Assembly: GCA_016867715.1 (NCBI GenBank)
Contig: VGIW01000007.1
Location: forward strand, 717-64,716
Length of the DNA: 64,000 bases
Source: Candidatus Eiseniibacteriota bacterium
GTDB lineage: Bacteria > Orphanbacterota > Orphanbacteria > Orphanbacterales > Orphanbacteraceae
Direction: 5' to 3'
Shown: piece by piece, positions 54,420 to 64,000 of the stretch
Layout of the letters: every line of letters starts with the position of its first letter
Position numbering within the stretch: position 1 is the first letter of the stretch
Made by a program: the position numbers and the translations under genes
The notes under the pieces: generated by a model
The model's database searches: none
What the model saw: only the letters and a program-made list of their open reading frames with translations
Told to the model about the DNA's origin: nothing

Positions 54420-56066
54420 TCATGCCCCCTCGCGCGCGGTTCTCGGCACATAGCCCCCGATCGACTCGTCGTAGACAAGATGCTCGAGATCGTACGGGTC
54501 GCCCGCCTCGGGGGGTTCGGCAAAGTTGTCGTGGGGAGGCGGGGACGCGCACATCCACTCAAGCGTCGCGCTCCCCCACGGATTCGCCGGAGCCTTCCGC
54601 CCGCGGAAGAGGGAGTGAATCAGGTTCCCCGCGAGCACGACGAAGGCGACCGCGAGCACGTACGCGCCGATCGTCGAGAGGACGTGGTAAGGCTGGAAGC
54701 GGTCCAGGTAGTTGTAGTACCTGCGCGGCATGCCTTGGCTCCCCATGACGAACTGGGAGAAGAACGTCAGGTTGAACCCGACGAAGACGAGGAACGCCGC
54801 GAGCCTCCCCGCCTTTTCGCTGTACATTCTCCCGAACATCTTCGGCCACCAATAGTGCATCGCCCCGAGGAACGCGATCAGAACGCCCCCCATCATCGTG
54901 TAGTGGAAGTGGGCGACGACGAAATAGGTGTCGTGGAGATGCACGTCGGTCGCGAGAGCCCCGAGGAAGAGGCCCGTGAGACCGCCGATTCCGAAAAGGA
55001 GCAAAAAGCTCAGCGCATAAAGCATCGGGGTGTCGAGCCGGATCGATCCCTTGTACATCGTCGCGAGCCAGTTGAACACCTTGATCGCCGAGGGGATCGC
55101 CACGCTGAAGGTGAGCGCGCTGAAGATCATGTTGCCGAGATCGGATTGTCCGCTCGTGAACATGTGGTGTCCCCAGACGAGAAAGCTCAGGACCGCGATC
55201 GCGACGCTCGAGTAGGCGATCGCCTTGTAGCCGAAGATGTGCTTGCGGCTGAAGACGGAGATCAGCTCGCTCATCACCCCCATCGCCGGGAGAATCATGA
55301 TGTAGACGGCGGGGTGCGAGTAGAACCAGAAGAAGTGCTGATAGAGGACGGGATCGCCGCCGAGCGCCGGGTCGAAGATCCCGATGCCGAGAAGACGCTC
55401 GACGATGAGAAGAAGAAGCGTGATCCCGAGAACGGGCGTGGCGAGGACTTGGATGATCGCCGTCGAGTAGAGCGCCCACAGAAAGAGAGGAAGACGATTC
55501 CACGACATTCCGGGGGGGCGCATGCGGTGGATCGTCACGATGAAGTTGATGCCGGTGAAGATCGAGCTGAAGCCGAGAATGAACGCGCCGAGCGTCATCG
55601 AGACGACGCTCGTGTGGGTCGTCGTGCTGTACGGGGTGTAGAAGGTCCAGCCGGTGTCGACCGCCCCGAGGAGGATCGACACGACCGAGAAGATCGCGCC
55701 GACGACATAGAGATGGTAGCTGAGGAGGTTGAGGCGCGGGAAGGCGACGTCCTTCGCTCCGAGCATCACGGGAAGGACGAAGTTGCCGAACGCCGCGGGG
55801 ATCCCCGGAATGATGAAGAGGAAGATCATCACCGCGCCGTGCAGGGTGAAGACCTGGTTGTACGTGTCGGCGTCCATGATCGTCCGGCCCGGGGTGAGAA
55901 GCTCGGTCCGGATGAGCATGGCGAAAAAACCGCCGAGAATGAGGAAGAAGAAGATCGAGGCGAGGTACATCACGCCGATCCGCTTGTGGTCGAGCGTGAA
56001 AAACCACGACCGGAATCCGCGCCCGTGGGAAAGGTAGTTATCCGCGACGGCGGTGGAACCGTTCAT
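54420..56066 (-). CDS. ctaD: Cytochrome c oxidase subunit I (CoxA/CtaD), heme-copper oxidase catalytic subunit
   Basis: 548 aa: [41 protein letters not shown] (CuB His) and [14 protein letters not shown]. Confidence 0.95.
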   Translation of the reverse strand: MNGSTAVADNYLSHGRGFRSWFFTLDHKRIGVMYLASIFFFLILGGFFAMLIRTELLTPGRTIMDADTYNQVFTLHGAVMIFLFIIPGIPAAFGNFVLPVMLGAKDVAFPRLNLLSYHLYVVGAIFSVVSILLGAVDTGWTFYTPYSTTTHTSVVSMTLGAFILGFSSIFTGINFIVTIHRMRPPGMSWNRLPLFLWALYSTAIIQVLATPVLGITLLLLIVERLLGIGIFDPALGGDPVLYQHFFWFYSHPAVYIMILPAMGVMSELISVFSRKHIFGYKAIAYSSVAIAVLSFLVWGHHMFTSGQSDLGNMIFSALTFSVAIPSAIKVFNWLATMYKGSIRLDTPMLYALSFLLLFGIGGLTGLFLGALATDVHLHDTYFVVAHFHYTMMGGVLIAFLGAMHYWWPKMFGRMYSEKAGRLAAFLVFVGFNLTFFSQFVMGSQGMPRRYYNYLDRFQPYHVLSTIGAYVLAVAFVVLAGNLIHSLFRGRKAPANPWGSATLEWMCASPPPHDNFAEPPEAGDPYDLEHLVYDESIGGYVPRTAREGA

Positions 56067-56075
56067 GAGAACCTC

Positions 56076-57044
56076 TTACTCCTTGAGTGTTTTCAGGTAC
56101 TCGATCATCGCCGTGATCTCCTGGTCCTTCAGGCGGCCCTTGTATGTCGGCATGACCGGTTCGTAACCGGCCACGATCTCGCTCTGCGGGTCGAGTATCG
56201 CGCGACGGATGTAGTTCTCTTCGACCGTGTACCTTCGCCCGTCCTTGAAAACGCCCTCGCGCCCGTAGATTCCGAGGAAGGTCGGGCCGATGTTCGACTT
56301 CCCATCGATCGAGTGGCACTGCTTGCATCCGCGGGTCGTCATGAGCTTGGCGCCGGCGTCCGCGGGGGCCATCCGCTCGAGGAAGTTCGAGGCGTCCTGG
56401 AGCCATTTCTCGAACTCGCCGGGAGGATGCACGATCACGCGCGCGATCATGTCGGAGTGGCTCGTGCCGCAGTACTCGGCGCAGAAGACGTCGTATTCGC
56501 CCGGCTCGGTCGCTTCAAACCAGAGGTTGGTGTATCGGCCCGGCACGGCGTCTTTCTTCACGCGGAAGGCGGGGACGAAGAAGCTGTGAATCACGTCCTC
56601 GGACGTGAGGACGAGCCGGACCGGCACGTCGAGCGGCACGTGGAGGTTGTCGTCGACATGTCCGTTCGGGTAGGTGAAGAGCCACTTCCATTTCTGTCCG
56701 ACGACGTTCACCTCGTACGTGTTCGCCGGAGGAGTCGCGAGGTTCATGTAGCCCGTGAAGCCGAGGTAGAAGATGATGAAGACGAGGATGAGAGGAATGA
56801 CGGTCCACATGAGCTCGAGACCGGTGTGATGCGTGGCGGTCTTCTCCGCCTCCACGCCCCGCCCCCGGTGGTAACGGATGATGAAGAAGAGCATGAGCGC
56901 GACGATGAGCAGAAAGAAAAAGATGCTCACGTAAAGGATAAAGTCGAAGACGCGGTCGACCGCGGGCGCCGCCGTCGAGGCGGGCGCGGGCATCCAGAAC
57001 GAGCCCTCTCCGAATCGGATCAGCGAAATGGGCATCTTCCCCAT
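56076..57044 (-). CDS. ctaC: Cytochrome c oxidase subunit II with fused C-terminal cytochrome c domain (caa3-type CoxB/CtaC)
   Basis: 322 aa. CuA site HSFFVPAFRVKKDAVPGRYTNLWF...CAEYCGTSHSDM. C-terminal heme c site CKQCHSIDG. Confidence 0.9.
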   Translation of the reverse strand: MGKMPISLIRFGEGSFWMPAPASTAAPAVDRVFDFILYVSIFFFLLIVALMLFFIIRYHRGRGVEAEKTATHHTGLELMWTVIPLILVFIIFYLGFTGYMNLATPPANTYEVNVVGQKWKWLFTYPNGHVDDNLHVPLDVPVRLVLTSEDVIHSFFVPAFRVKKDAVPGRYTNLWFEATEPGEYDVFCAEYCGTSHSDMIARVIVHPPGEFEKWLQDASNFLERMAPADAGAKLMTTRGCKQCHSIDGKSNIGPTFLGIYGREGVFKDGRRYTVEENYIRRAILDPQSEIVAGYEPVMPTYKGRLKDQEITAMIEYLKTLKE

Positions 57045-57062
57045 CGCTCCTTCTTCCGCTCC

Positions 57063-57902
57063 TCAGGCCCTCGGCCTTCGCCCGGCGTCGCGCCGCCAGA
57101 GCGCGGCGAGCGTGATCCCGAGGACGACCACCGCGAGCGCGCCTCCCGCCCGCATGATGTTCAGGGCCGCGGGGGCATATCGCCCGCGAGCCGCGTCGTA
57201 GTGATAACAATAGAGGAGAATCCGATCGAGAGGGGATCCGATCTTCCCTTCGGAAGCCTCGAGGAGGGAGAGCCGCAGGGTCTGCGAGTCGAAGAGGACC
57301 CCGTAGAGGTAGCGCGAGAGCCGCCCGTCCGGCGTGCAGACGATGATCACCGCCGCGTGGATGTACTCGCCGCGCTCCTCGTCGTACGCGTATCGAAATC
57401 CAGCCGCGTCCGTGAGCGCCCGGATCTCTTCTTCTTCGCCGACGAGGAAGTGCCAGCCTTTGGCGGCCCCCGCTCGTCCGTACTCCTCGATCGTGTTCTC
57501 TTTCTTGAGGCGCGCGAGGGTCGACGTCTCGCTCGGATCGATGCTGACCGTGACGATTTCGAACTCTTTACCCGGCGTCCAATCGATACTCTTCAGCGCT
57601 TCGAGGATCCCGTTGAGGACGAGACCGCAGAGCATCGGGCATGTGTAGTACCCGAGGTTGAGGAGAACCGGCCGTTCGCCGAAGAAATCGCCGAGCCGCG
57701 CCGCCTCGCCGCTTTCGTCGGTGAAGAGAAGATCGAGCGGGAGTTTCTCGTTCGGGCGCTCCATGATCCCCACGTTCTCGAGGTCTTTCGGGAGCGGTTC
57801 GGCGCGTCCCCCGGAATCGACGGCTGCGCCCGTCGTTTCGGAGAACCCCGGGACCGCCGGAACGAGAGACAGCACGATGAGAAGCGCGACGATCCGCATC
57901 AC
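57063..57902 (-). CDS. SCO1/SenC-family copper chaperone (thioredoxin fold)
   Basis: 279 aa with a signal/TM N-terminus. CxxxC copper site YYTCPMLCGLVLNG and conserved downstream His (HAAVIIVCTPDGR). Confidence 0.85.
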   Translation of the reverse strand: MMRIVALLIVLSLVPAVPGFSETTGAAVDSGGRAEPLPKDLENVGIMERPNEKLPLDLLFTDESGEAARLGDFFGERPVLLNLGYYTCPMLCGLVLNGILEALKSIDWTPGKEFEIVTVSIDPSETSTLARLKKENTIEEYGRAGAAKGWHFLVGEEEEIRALTDAAGFRYAYDEERGEYIHAAVIIVCTPDGRLSRYLYGVLFDSQTLRLSLLEASEGKIGSPLDRILLYCYHYDAARGRYAPAALNIMRAGGALAVVVLGITLAALWRRDAGRRPRA

Positions 57903-58267
57903 GGTCGATCACCTCCTTCCTCGCCGCGTCGCTTCCCGCTCTCCTCGCCGCGGGAAGAGGCCGCCGCCTCGCGCGCGACGAGCTCCATCGCACGCTCGAT
58001 CGGAATCGAAACGACTCCCGATTCGCGGTCGATCCAACGATAGCTATTCAGCGCCTCGAGCTGCTCCGCTCGGACTCTCGAAAGCTCCTCGGGCGCCTCG
58101 GAGTATGTCTTCCTCTCGACTTCCGCCCTTTCCGCTCGATAGAAGAGAGCCTGGAGCCAAACGATCGCCGCGAAGACGAGCACCGCGCCGACGACACCGA
58201 CGACCGCGATCCGATAGGCGCTCGGATCTTCGGAGAGGTTCACTCGCTTCTCGTCATGCGTTTTCAA
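57899..58267 (-). CDS. Small hypothetical membrane protein (1 TM) between the ACIII and oxidase operons
   Basis: 122 aa with an ordinary codon-like composition. One TM, AVVGVVGAVLVFAAIVWL. It is 4-nt-overlapped with SCO1. Confidence 0.4.
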   Translation of the reverse strand: MKTHDEKRVNLSEDPSAYRIAVVGVVGAVLVFAAIVWLQALFYRAERAEVERKTYSEAPEELSRVRAEQLEALNSYRWIDRESGVVSIPIERAMELVAREAAASSRGEESGKRRGEEGGDRP

Positions 58268-59465
58268 AGGCGATCGACTCCTGTAGCCTGGGGTCCTTTT
58301 CCGGAACGAGCGAGCGGGTCCGGAAGCACCGTCCCGCCGCCGCCACCGAGAGCCCGGCCATTCCGAGAAACACGGTGAAGTAGAGCGGATGTGGTGGAAG
58401 CGCCGGACCCCCCGAGTCGGGAACGGCGAGATAGTAGTGATCGATCGCGTGCATCGCGAGAAGCCAGAGGGCGGCCTGCACGAGCATCGTCTTCCGTCTC
58501 TTCGGAACGCGCGAGAGGAGCGCGAGGAACGGGACGAAGAAGTGTCCGATGACGAGCGCGAGGCTCACCCAAGCCCACGTTCCCGACTGCCGCTTGAGAT
58601 ACCACCCGGTCTCCTCCGGGATGTCCGCGTACCAGATCAGCATGTATTGCGAGAAGGCGATGTAGGCCCAGAAGACGGTGAACGCGAAGAGGAGCTTGCC
58701 GAGATCGTGATAGTGCTCGGCCGTGATCATGCGTTGCATGCGGCCCGCTCGCTGCGTGACGCAAGCGGCGACGACGAGGAGAGCGAAGAAGCCGAGAACG
58801 CCCCCCGCGAAGAAGTAGATCCCGTAGATCGTGCTGTACCAGTGCGGATCGCGGGACATGAGGAGGTCGAATGCGGCGAACGTCGTCGTGAAGGCGAAGA
58901 GGACCATCGCGGGAGCGCTTGCGCGTTCCATGCGGAGCGTGAGACCGACGTCTCCGCTCCGGTCCTGCTCGACCGAGCGGTTCAGGAACCAGCGGGCCGT
59001 GAGGCACCAGACCGCGAAATAGACCGCCCATCGAACCCAGAAGAACGGGACGTTGAGATAGGCCGACTTCGCGCGGACGAGCGGGTCGTGCGCCGCGACC
59101 TCTGCGTCGGCCCACGGATAGAGCGAGCGAAGGCCGAAGAGGAAGAGCGGAACGGAGAGGATCGCGAGAAGCCCCATGTTCGCAGCGATTCCCTCGGCGA
59201 GGCGCCGGAGGACCACGCTCCACCCGGAGCGGGTGAGATGCTGGAGAAGAACGAAGAAGAGCGCGCCGAGGGAAAGGCTGAGGAAATAGGCGAACCCGAC
59301 GAGGTAGGCGCGCCAGAAGTGCGGCCCCGCTCCCTCGACGAGAAGCCCGGCGAGCGCGCTCCCCGCGAGAAGGAGCGCGCCGATTCCCCCCGCGATGCGG
59401 ATGGAAGCGCCGGCCAGCGTCTCGAGAAACATCCGGTCTCGAAAGATGCTACTTGGAAGCTTCAT
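58254..59465 (-). CDS. actF: Alternative complex III subunit ActF (NrfD/PsrC-like polytopic quinol-interacting membrane subunit)
   Basis: 403 aa, about 10 TM, homologous in layout to the ActC gene two genes upstream. It is last in the ActB-C-D-E-F order. Confidence 0.7.
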   Translation of the reverse strand: MKLPSSIFRDRMFLETLAGASIRIAGGIGALLLAGSALAGLLVEGAGPHFWRAYLVGFAYFLSLSLGALFFVLLQHLTRSGWSVVLRRLAEGIAANMGLLAILSVPLFLFGLRSLYPWADAEVAAHDPLVRAKSAYLNVPFFWVRWAVYFAVWCLTARWFLNRSVEQDRSGDVGLTLRMERASAPAMVLFAFTTTFAAFDLLMSRDPHWYSTIYGIYFFAGGVLGFFALLVVAACVTQRAGRMQRMITAEHYHDLGKLLFAFTVFWAYIAFSQYMLIWYADIPEETGWYLKRQSGTWAWVSLALVIGHFFVPFLALLSRVPKRRKTMLVQAALWLLAMHAIDHYYLAVPDSGGPALPPHPLYFTVFLGMAGLSVAAAGRCFRTRSLVPEKDPRLQESIAFENA

Positions 59466-59477
59466 GTCCGTTCTTTC

Positions 59478-60119
59478 TCATCGGATCTTCGGCAGGATGT
59501 CCGCGGGAACATCCTCCGGCGAAGCGCTTCGGCTCCTCTGGAGCGCGCGCAAGTAGGCCACGATCGCCCAGCGATCCTCGGGCGTGATCTGGCCGGCGTA
59601 GCCCGGCATGCTCCGAATCCCGTGCGAGATCGTATGATAGAGGTGCCCCGCGGGCCGCTCCCGGATGAGATCCGTGTGGAACGACGGGGGCGGCGTCCAC
59701 GTTCCTTCCTCGAAGCTCTCGGCGCGCACGGAGACGATCCCCGCACCGCCGCCGTCCAGGCCGTGGCAGGGGGAACAGTAGATGTCGTACCGCTCGCGGC
59801 CGCGCTTCAAGAGGGTCTCCGTCACCGGGAGGGGAATCGAGCGCGTCCACTCCTCTCCCTCTTTCCCGTGGGCGAACGGGTCGTCGTCGTCGAGGCGGCC
59901 GCGCGCCACCGTCCCCGGAACCTCGGGACGCATCGCGCGCCCGTCCGCGAAGAGAGGGTTCGCCTGCTGCGCCTTGAACTTCGGCTGCTGATCCATGTCC
60001 GGGATGATCTGGCGACGGGGCTCGCTCTTCCGCGCCGCTCGATTCTTCGTCGCCACGGCGAACGGAATGAGAGAGAGGGAGACGAGAAGCGCCGCGATCG
60101 CGAGAAATCCTCTCGGCAT
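59478..60119 (-). CDS. actE: Alternative complex III subunit ActE (membrane-anchored monoheme cytochrome c)
   Basis: 213 aa with an N-terminal anchor and a single CSPCHG heme c motif. Confidence 0.8.
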   Translation of the reverse strand: MPRGFLAIAALLVSLSLIPFAVATKNRAARKSEPRRQIIPDMDQQPKFKAQQANPLFADGRAMRPEVPGTVARGRLDDDDPFAHGKEGEEWTRSIPLPVTETLLKRGRERYDIYCSPCHGLDGGGAGIVSVRAESFEEGTWTPPPSFHTDLIRERPAGHLYHTISHGIRSMPGYAGQITPEDRWAIVAYLRALQRSRSASPEDVPADILPKIR

Positions 60120-60121
60120 CT

Positions 60122-60679
60122 CTACTCCTCCACCTCTTCCACCGCCGCGCCGCGGAGCGATTCGAGAAGCGCCCGGGTCGCGCGCGGGTCGAACTTCGGA
60201 TCGCGCGCCTCGATGGAGATGAAGAACCGGTCGTTCGTCGCCCGGAGGAAGCGGCGGCTCTTGAAGAGTGAATGATACCAGAGCGGAAGATTGTTGAACG
60301 CGAGCATCCCGACGAAGGCGGCCGCCGCCGCGAAAAGGACCATCACCTCGAAGAGAACCGGAATGTTCGCTGGGAGGGCGAAGAAGGGTTTTCCGCTAAG
60401 GATGAGCGAGTAGTCGACCGTGTTCGTCCACCACTGGAGTCCGAGCCCGGCGAAGACGCCGAAGACGCCGGCCGCGAAAACGAGATAGGAAAGCTTCGTG
60501 TGCCGAATCCCCATCGCGTCGTCGAGGCCGTGCACCGGGAACGGCGTGTGCGCGTCCCACTTGGTGTAGCCGGCGTCGCGCACCTTCTCCGCTCCCTCGA
60601 TGAGCGCATCCACGTCCGCGAACTCCGCGAGAAGCCCGAAGAGCGGCGCGCCGTCCGCGGTCGTCCACTTGCCGTTCAT
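60122..60679 (-). CDS. actD: Alternative complex III subunit ActD (DUF3341 membrane protein)
   Basis: About 185 aa from [57 protein letters not shown].... It overlaps the actC stop. The ORF-track upstream extension is junk. Confidence 0.75.
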   Translation of the reverse strand: MNGKWTTADGAPLFGLLAEFADVDALIEGAEKVRDAGYTKWDAHTPFPVHGLDDAMGIRHTKLSYLVFAAGVFGVFAGLGLQWWTNTVDYSLILSGKPFFALPANIPVLFEVMVLFAAAAAFVGMLAFNNLPLWYHSLFKSRRFLRATNDRFFISIEARDPKFDPRATRALLESLRGAAVEEVEE

Positions 60680-62148
60680 CGATTCGTCTCCGGGCCGCCG
60701 AACTGCCGTTCGTGTTGGCGCGGGATGTCCCCGTGGTAATCGCCCTGCCCGTGGTGCACGTCCCGGTCGAGCTTCGCCTCGGGCATCACGCTCTTCACCT
60801 CGGCGATCGCGACGATCGGCAAGAACCTCAGGAAGAGCAGGAAGAGCGTGAAGAAGAGCCCGAAGCTCCCGAGAAGCGTGCAGAGATCGACCCAGGTCGG
60901 CGTGAAGTGCCCCCAGCTCGAAGGAAGGAAATCGCGGCTTAAGGACGTCACGATGATCACGTAGCGCTCGAACCACATCCCGATGTTCACACCGATCGCG
61001 ACGAGGAGAATCGCGGGGATCGAGCGCCGGAACCGTTTGAACCAGAAGAGCTGCGGCAGGATCACGTTGCAGGAGACCATCGTCCAGAACGCCCACGCGT
61101 ACGGGCCCAGCGCGCGGTTCATGAATGTGAACCGCTCGAGGCTGTTCCCGCTGTACCACGCGATGAAGATCTCGATGAGGTAGGCGTAGCCGACCATCGA
61201 GCCGGTCGCCAACACGATCTTCGTCATGTTCTCAAGGTGCCGCATCGTGATGAGGTTCTTGAGCCCGAACCACTCGCGCGACGGAACGATGAGAAGAAGG
61301 ACCATGGCGAACCCGCCGAAGATCGCGCCCGCGACGAAGTAGGGGGGGAAGATCGTTGTGTGCCAACCCGGAACTTGCGACACGGCGAAGTCGAAGCTCA
61401 CCACCGAGTGGACGCTGAGGACGAGAGGCGTCGCGAGCGCGGCGAGGAGAAGATACGCGCGTTCGTAGCGGTGCCACTGGCGGTTCGAACCCCTCCAGCC
61501 GAGGCTGAACAACCCGTAGAAGAAGCGGCGAATGCGCGTGCGGGCGCGGTCGCGGAGCGTCGCGAGATCGGGGATCATCCCCATGTACCAGAAGAGGAGC
61601 GAGACGATCATGTAGGTGCTCACCGCGAAAACATCCCAGAGAAGCGGGCTCCTGAAGTTCGGCCACATGCTCAGGTTGTTCGGGATCGGGAACATCCAGT
61701 ACTCGACCCACGCGCGCCCGACGTGGATCGCGGGAAAGAGACCGGCGCATAGGACCGCGAAGATCGTCATCGCTTCCGCGAAGCGGTTGATGCTCGTCCG
61801 CCACTTCTGCCGAAAGAGAAAGAGGATCGCCGAGATCAGCGTTCCCGCGTGTCCGATCCCCACCCAGAAGACGAAGTTGGTGATGTCGAACCCCCACCCG
61901 ACCGGCACGTTGATTCCCCAAACGCCGGTTCCCTCGATGAGGAGATATCCGATCATCGCGAAGAGGAGCCCGGCGAGCATCGCGGAGATGCCGAACGCGA
62001 CGTACCACGCGCGCGGAGGGCGCGGCTTCTCGACGATCGCGCAGACCGTCTCGGTGACCGAGGCGAGGGTCTCTCCTCCCGCGACGAGAGGCTCGCCGCG
62101 GATCCGCTCATCGAGAGCGGGGACCGCTTCAGCCGTGGATCGGCTCAT
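60676..62148 (-). CDS. actC: Alternative complex III subunit ActC (NrfD/PsrC-family integral membrane quinol-oxidising subunit)
   Basis: 490 aa with 10 TM; NrfD-family features; it overlaps actB by 20 nt. Confidence 0.85.
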   Translation of the reverse strand: MSRSTAEAVPALDERIRGEPLVAGGETLASVTETVCAIVEKPRPPRAWYVAFGISAMLAGLLFAMIGYLLIEGTGVWGINVPVGWGFDITNFVFWVGIGHAGTLISAILFLFRQKWRTSINRFAEAMTIFAVLCAGLFPAIHVGRAWVEYWMFPIPNNLSMWPNFRSPLLWDVFAVSTYMIVSLLFWYMGMIPDLATLRDRARTRIRRFFYGLFSLGWRGSNRQWHRYERAYLLLAALATPLVLSVHSVVSFDFAVSQVPGWHTTIFPPYFVAGAIFGGFAMVLLLIVPSREWFGLKNLITMRHLENMTKIVLATGSMVGYAYLIEIFIAWYSGNSLERFTFMNRALGPYAWAFWTMVSCNVILPQLFWFKRFRRSIPAILLVAIGVNIGMWFERYVIIVTSLSRDFLPSSWGHFTPTWVDLCTLLGSFGLFFTLFLLFLRFLPIVAIAEVKSVMPEAKLDRDVHHGQGDYHGDIPRQHERQFGGPETNR

Positions 62149-64000
62149 GCCCTTCCTTCTCTCTCTTCGCGAGGCGCTCGTTCCGGTTCCGGACGCGAGC
62201 GAGATACGCGGTCCTCGGCCGAACGTTCAGCTCGGCGAGCATGCCGTACGCGCGCGCCTCGCCGTGCAGCTTCGCGACGCGGCTCTCCGGATCGTTCAGA
62301 TCGCCGAAGACGATCGCGCGCGCCGGACAGCTCGCGGCGCACGCCGGCACGATCTCCCCGTCCCGAAGAGGGCGGTTCTCGTTCTTGGCGACGATTCGCG
62401 CCGCCTCGATTCTCTGCACGCAGAAGGTGCACTTCTCCATGACGCCCCGGCTCCGAACGGTGACCTCCGGGTTCATCGCCATCTTCTCGACCGGCTCCAG
62501 ATTCTTTCGATAGTTGAAGAAATTGAAGCGCCGTACTTTGTACGGACAGTTGTTCGAGCAGTAACGCGTCCCGATGCAGCGGTTGTACACCATCGCGTTG
62601 AGCCCCTCGCTTGTGTGTACCGTGGCCGCGACCGGGCAAACCTGCTCGCAAGGGGCGTTCTCGCAGTGAACGCACGCGACCGGCTGGTGGACGATCTCCG
62701 GGGAGTCCGGATCGCCCCGGAAGGATCGGTCGATTCGGATCCAGTGCATCTCGCGCTGGTTTCTCACTTGCTTCTTTCCGACGACCGGAATGTTGTTCTC
62801 CGCTTGGCACGCGACGACGCATGCGTTGCAGCCGGTGCAGGCATCGAGATCGATCGCCATCCCCCATCGATGTCCGTCGTACGAATGGGGAGGGAAGAGG
62901 GAGACGAGCGGCGGATGATGCGCCTCGTCGGCGTGCATCGCCTTTGCGGGATTCCGGAGGTACTCGTCCGCCTCGACCTCGCGGACGAGAGAGCCGACCC
63001 GCCGTTCCCGCTCGCGCGTCGCGCGCGGGTCGATCAGATGATGCTCCTCGGTCGCGGCGAGCGGATACCGGCGGCCGGTCCTCTCGATCGCGGCGCCGAA
63101 GGCGAAGTAGGGCGCGCCGCTCGCGCGAAGCGGATAGACATCGAACCCGTCGCCATTTCCGACGCGTCCCGCGCGCGTTCGTCCGTATCCGAGAGGAAGC
63201 GCGATCGTTCCCGCCGCGACTCCCGGAAGCACGTACGCCGCGATCTCGATCGCGCGGCCGTTGATGGAGAGACGAACGACATCCTCCGTTTCGACGCCGA
63301 GCGCCCTCGCCGTCGAGGGACCGACGAGCGCGGCGTTGTCCCACGTGAGCTTCGTCATCGGGTCCGGCGTCTCTTGAAGCCACGCGTTGTTCGCGAAGCG
63401 CCCGTCGTGGACGCTCGCGTCGCGAAGGAAGACGGCCTCGAGACCGTTCTCCCCGGCGTGATCCTTGATGTGCGAAATTTGCTCGAGAGAATCGGCGGTC
63501 GGACCCGCCTGGAACGAAACATCGACCTTCGGGCGCGCGCTCCCTCCGAGCACGCCGTCGTGAAGAAGGCGCCTCCACGACTTCTCGAAGTCGGCCTCGC
63601 CGGAAACGAAAGCCCCGAACACTTCGCGAGCGAGATCGTGGCCGCTTGCAGCGGCTCTTCCATCGAGAAAGACCGCGAGAAGCTCCGCGTCGGTCCTTCC
63701 TCCGTAGAGCGGCTCGATGAGGGGCTGCCGCGCGAGAAGGGTCCCGTCGTGCGCCCGTGAGAGGTCCCACGATTCGAGAAAGTGCGCGCGGGGGATCTGC
63801 CACTCCGCGAGGAGGGAGGTCTCGTTTCGATGGGACGAGAGATGAACCGCGTGCGGGACGCGGGCGAGGAGATCGGCGAAGCCGAGATCGGCCGGAGCGT
63901 CGTACGCCGGGTTTCCGCCGAGAACGACGAGCGTTTCCACGCGCCCCGCTTCGAGTTCCTTCGCGAGCGAACGGATCGCATCGAAATGATTCGGGCGCTC
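62129..64000 (-). CDS. actB: Alternative complex III subunit ActB (molybdopterin-oxidoreductase-like + 4Fe-4S ferredoxin domain), 5'-truncated by the window edge
   Basis: Multiple ferredoxin cysteine clusters ([50 protein letters not shown]), a TAT-less molybdopterin-like N-terminal region, and a C-terminus ...[12 protein letters not shown]. The frame is open to position 64000. Confidence 0.85.
   Translation of the reverse strand, partial: ERPNHFDAIRSLAKELEAGRVETLVVLGGNPAYDAPADLGFADLLARVPHAVHLSSHRNETSLLAEWQIPRAHFLESWDLSRAHDGTLLARQPLIEPLYGGRTDAELLAVFLDGRAAASGHDLAREVFGAFVSGEADFEKSWRRLLHDGVLGGSARPKVDVSFQAGPTADSLEQISHIKDHAGENGLEAVFLRDASVHDGRFANNAWLQETPDPMTKLTWDNAALVGPSTARALGVETEDVVRLSINGRAIEIAAYVLPGVAAGTIALPLGYGRTRAGRVGNGDGFDVYPLRASGAPYFAFGAAIERTGRRYPLAATEEHHLIDPRATRERERRVGSLVREVEADEYLRNPAKAMHADEAHHPPLVSLFPPHSYDGHRWGMAIDLDACTGCNACVVACQAENNIPVVGKKQVRNQREMHWIRIDRSFRGDPDSPEIVHQPVACVHCENAPCEQVCPVAATVHTSEGLNAMVYNRCIGTRYCSNNCPYKVRRFNFFNYRKNLEPVEKMAMNPEVTVRSRGVMEKCTFCVQRIEAARIVAKNENRPLRDGEIVPACAASCPARAIVFGDLNDPESRVAKLHGEARAYGMLAELNVRPRTAYLARVRNRNERLAKREKEGHEPIHG

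Noticed and set aside
1-64000. CRISPR arrays, rRNA or tRNA genes, transposases, integrases, phage structural genes, toxin-antitoxin pairs
   Set aside because: No direct-repeat/spacer periodicity was seen by eye. No ORF showed DDE, tyrosine or serine recombinase motifs or phage hallmark genes. No stretch resembled rRNA or a tRNA cloverleaf, though a short tRNA could be missed without covariance-model software.

Overview
Overall the window looks like ordinary chromosome, with no rRNA, tRNA, CRISPR array, transposase or integrase recognised. It is a 64 kb, very GC-rich stretch (about 68-70% by eye) from a bacterial chromosome. Most genes have clear orthologues. The protease at 1748-4660 ends in a T9SS-type C-terminal sorting domain, and an alternative complex III sits next to a caa3 oxidase. 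Together with the high GC these point to an FCB-group or Gemmatimonadota-like organism.

Genes in order (about 50 credible CDS):
- A lone ECF-sigma region-4 fragment at the left edge, then thiol peroxidase Tpx and a 970-aa secreted S8 subtilase.
- One long minus-strand block, 17812 down to 4800: GH31 alpha-glucosidase, a GNAT, an SCP-x-type thiolase with its DUF35 partner, then a tightly overlapped array of XDH-family molybdenum hydroxylase (FAD, 2Fe-2S, Mo subunits), DUF2877, FdrA, DUF1116 and a kynurenine-formamidase-like cyclase.
- A transketolase-family protein, then a 1525-aa fusion of a long-chain acyl-CoA synthetase, an unknown 700-aa region and a C-terminal GNAT.
- A secreted transglutaminase-like/DUF3858 pair, an SPFH-NfeD pair, dGTPase, ThiD, a flavin-reductase-like protein and an RDD protein.
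- Class I fumarase alpha and beta, a 4-hydroxybutyrate-type CoA transferase, alanine dehydrogenase and a cupin.
- An ACS-family AMP-ligase, a dedicated carrier protein, a Kbl-like alpha-oxoamine synthase and a SAM-methyltransferase in one cluster.
- Ada, an OPT transporter, an orphan TIR-domain protein, heme A and heme O synthases, a sulfatase-like lipoprotein, a caa3 oxidase (SCO1, CoxB, CoxA, CoxC, CoxIV, second CoxC) and ACIII ActB-F, with ActB cut by the window edge.

Most unusual:
(a) The TIR-domain gene at 47458-48507 sits alone between housekeeping genes, looks lower in GC, and has a near-consensus promoter.
(b) The XDH/DUF2877/FdrA/DUF1116/cyclase array looks like one translationally coupled operon.
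(c) The giant acyl-CoA synthetase-GNAT fusion.
(d) The AMP-ligase/carrier/Kbl-like/methyltransferase cluster.

Many long Arg/Pro/Gly-rich ORFs in the track are GC-bias artefacts on the opposite strand of real genes and were ignored. The printed sequence is offset by 1 nt from the ORF track at two or more points, so CDS coordinates come from ORF-track arithmetic and non-CDS coordinates are accurate to about +/-2 nt.
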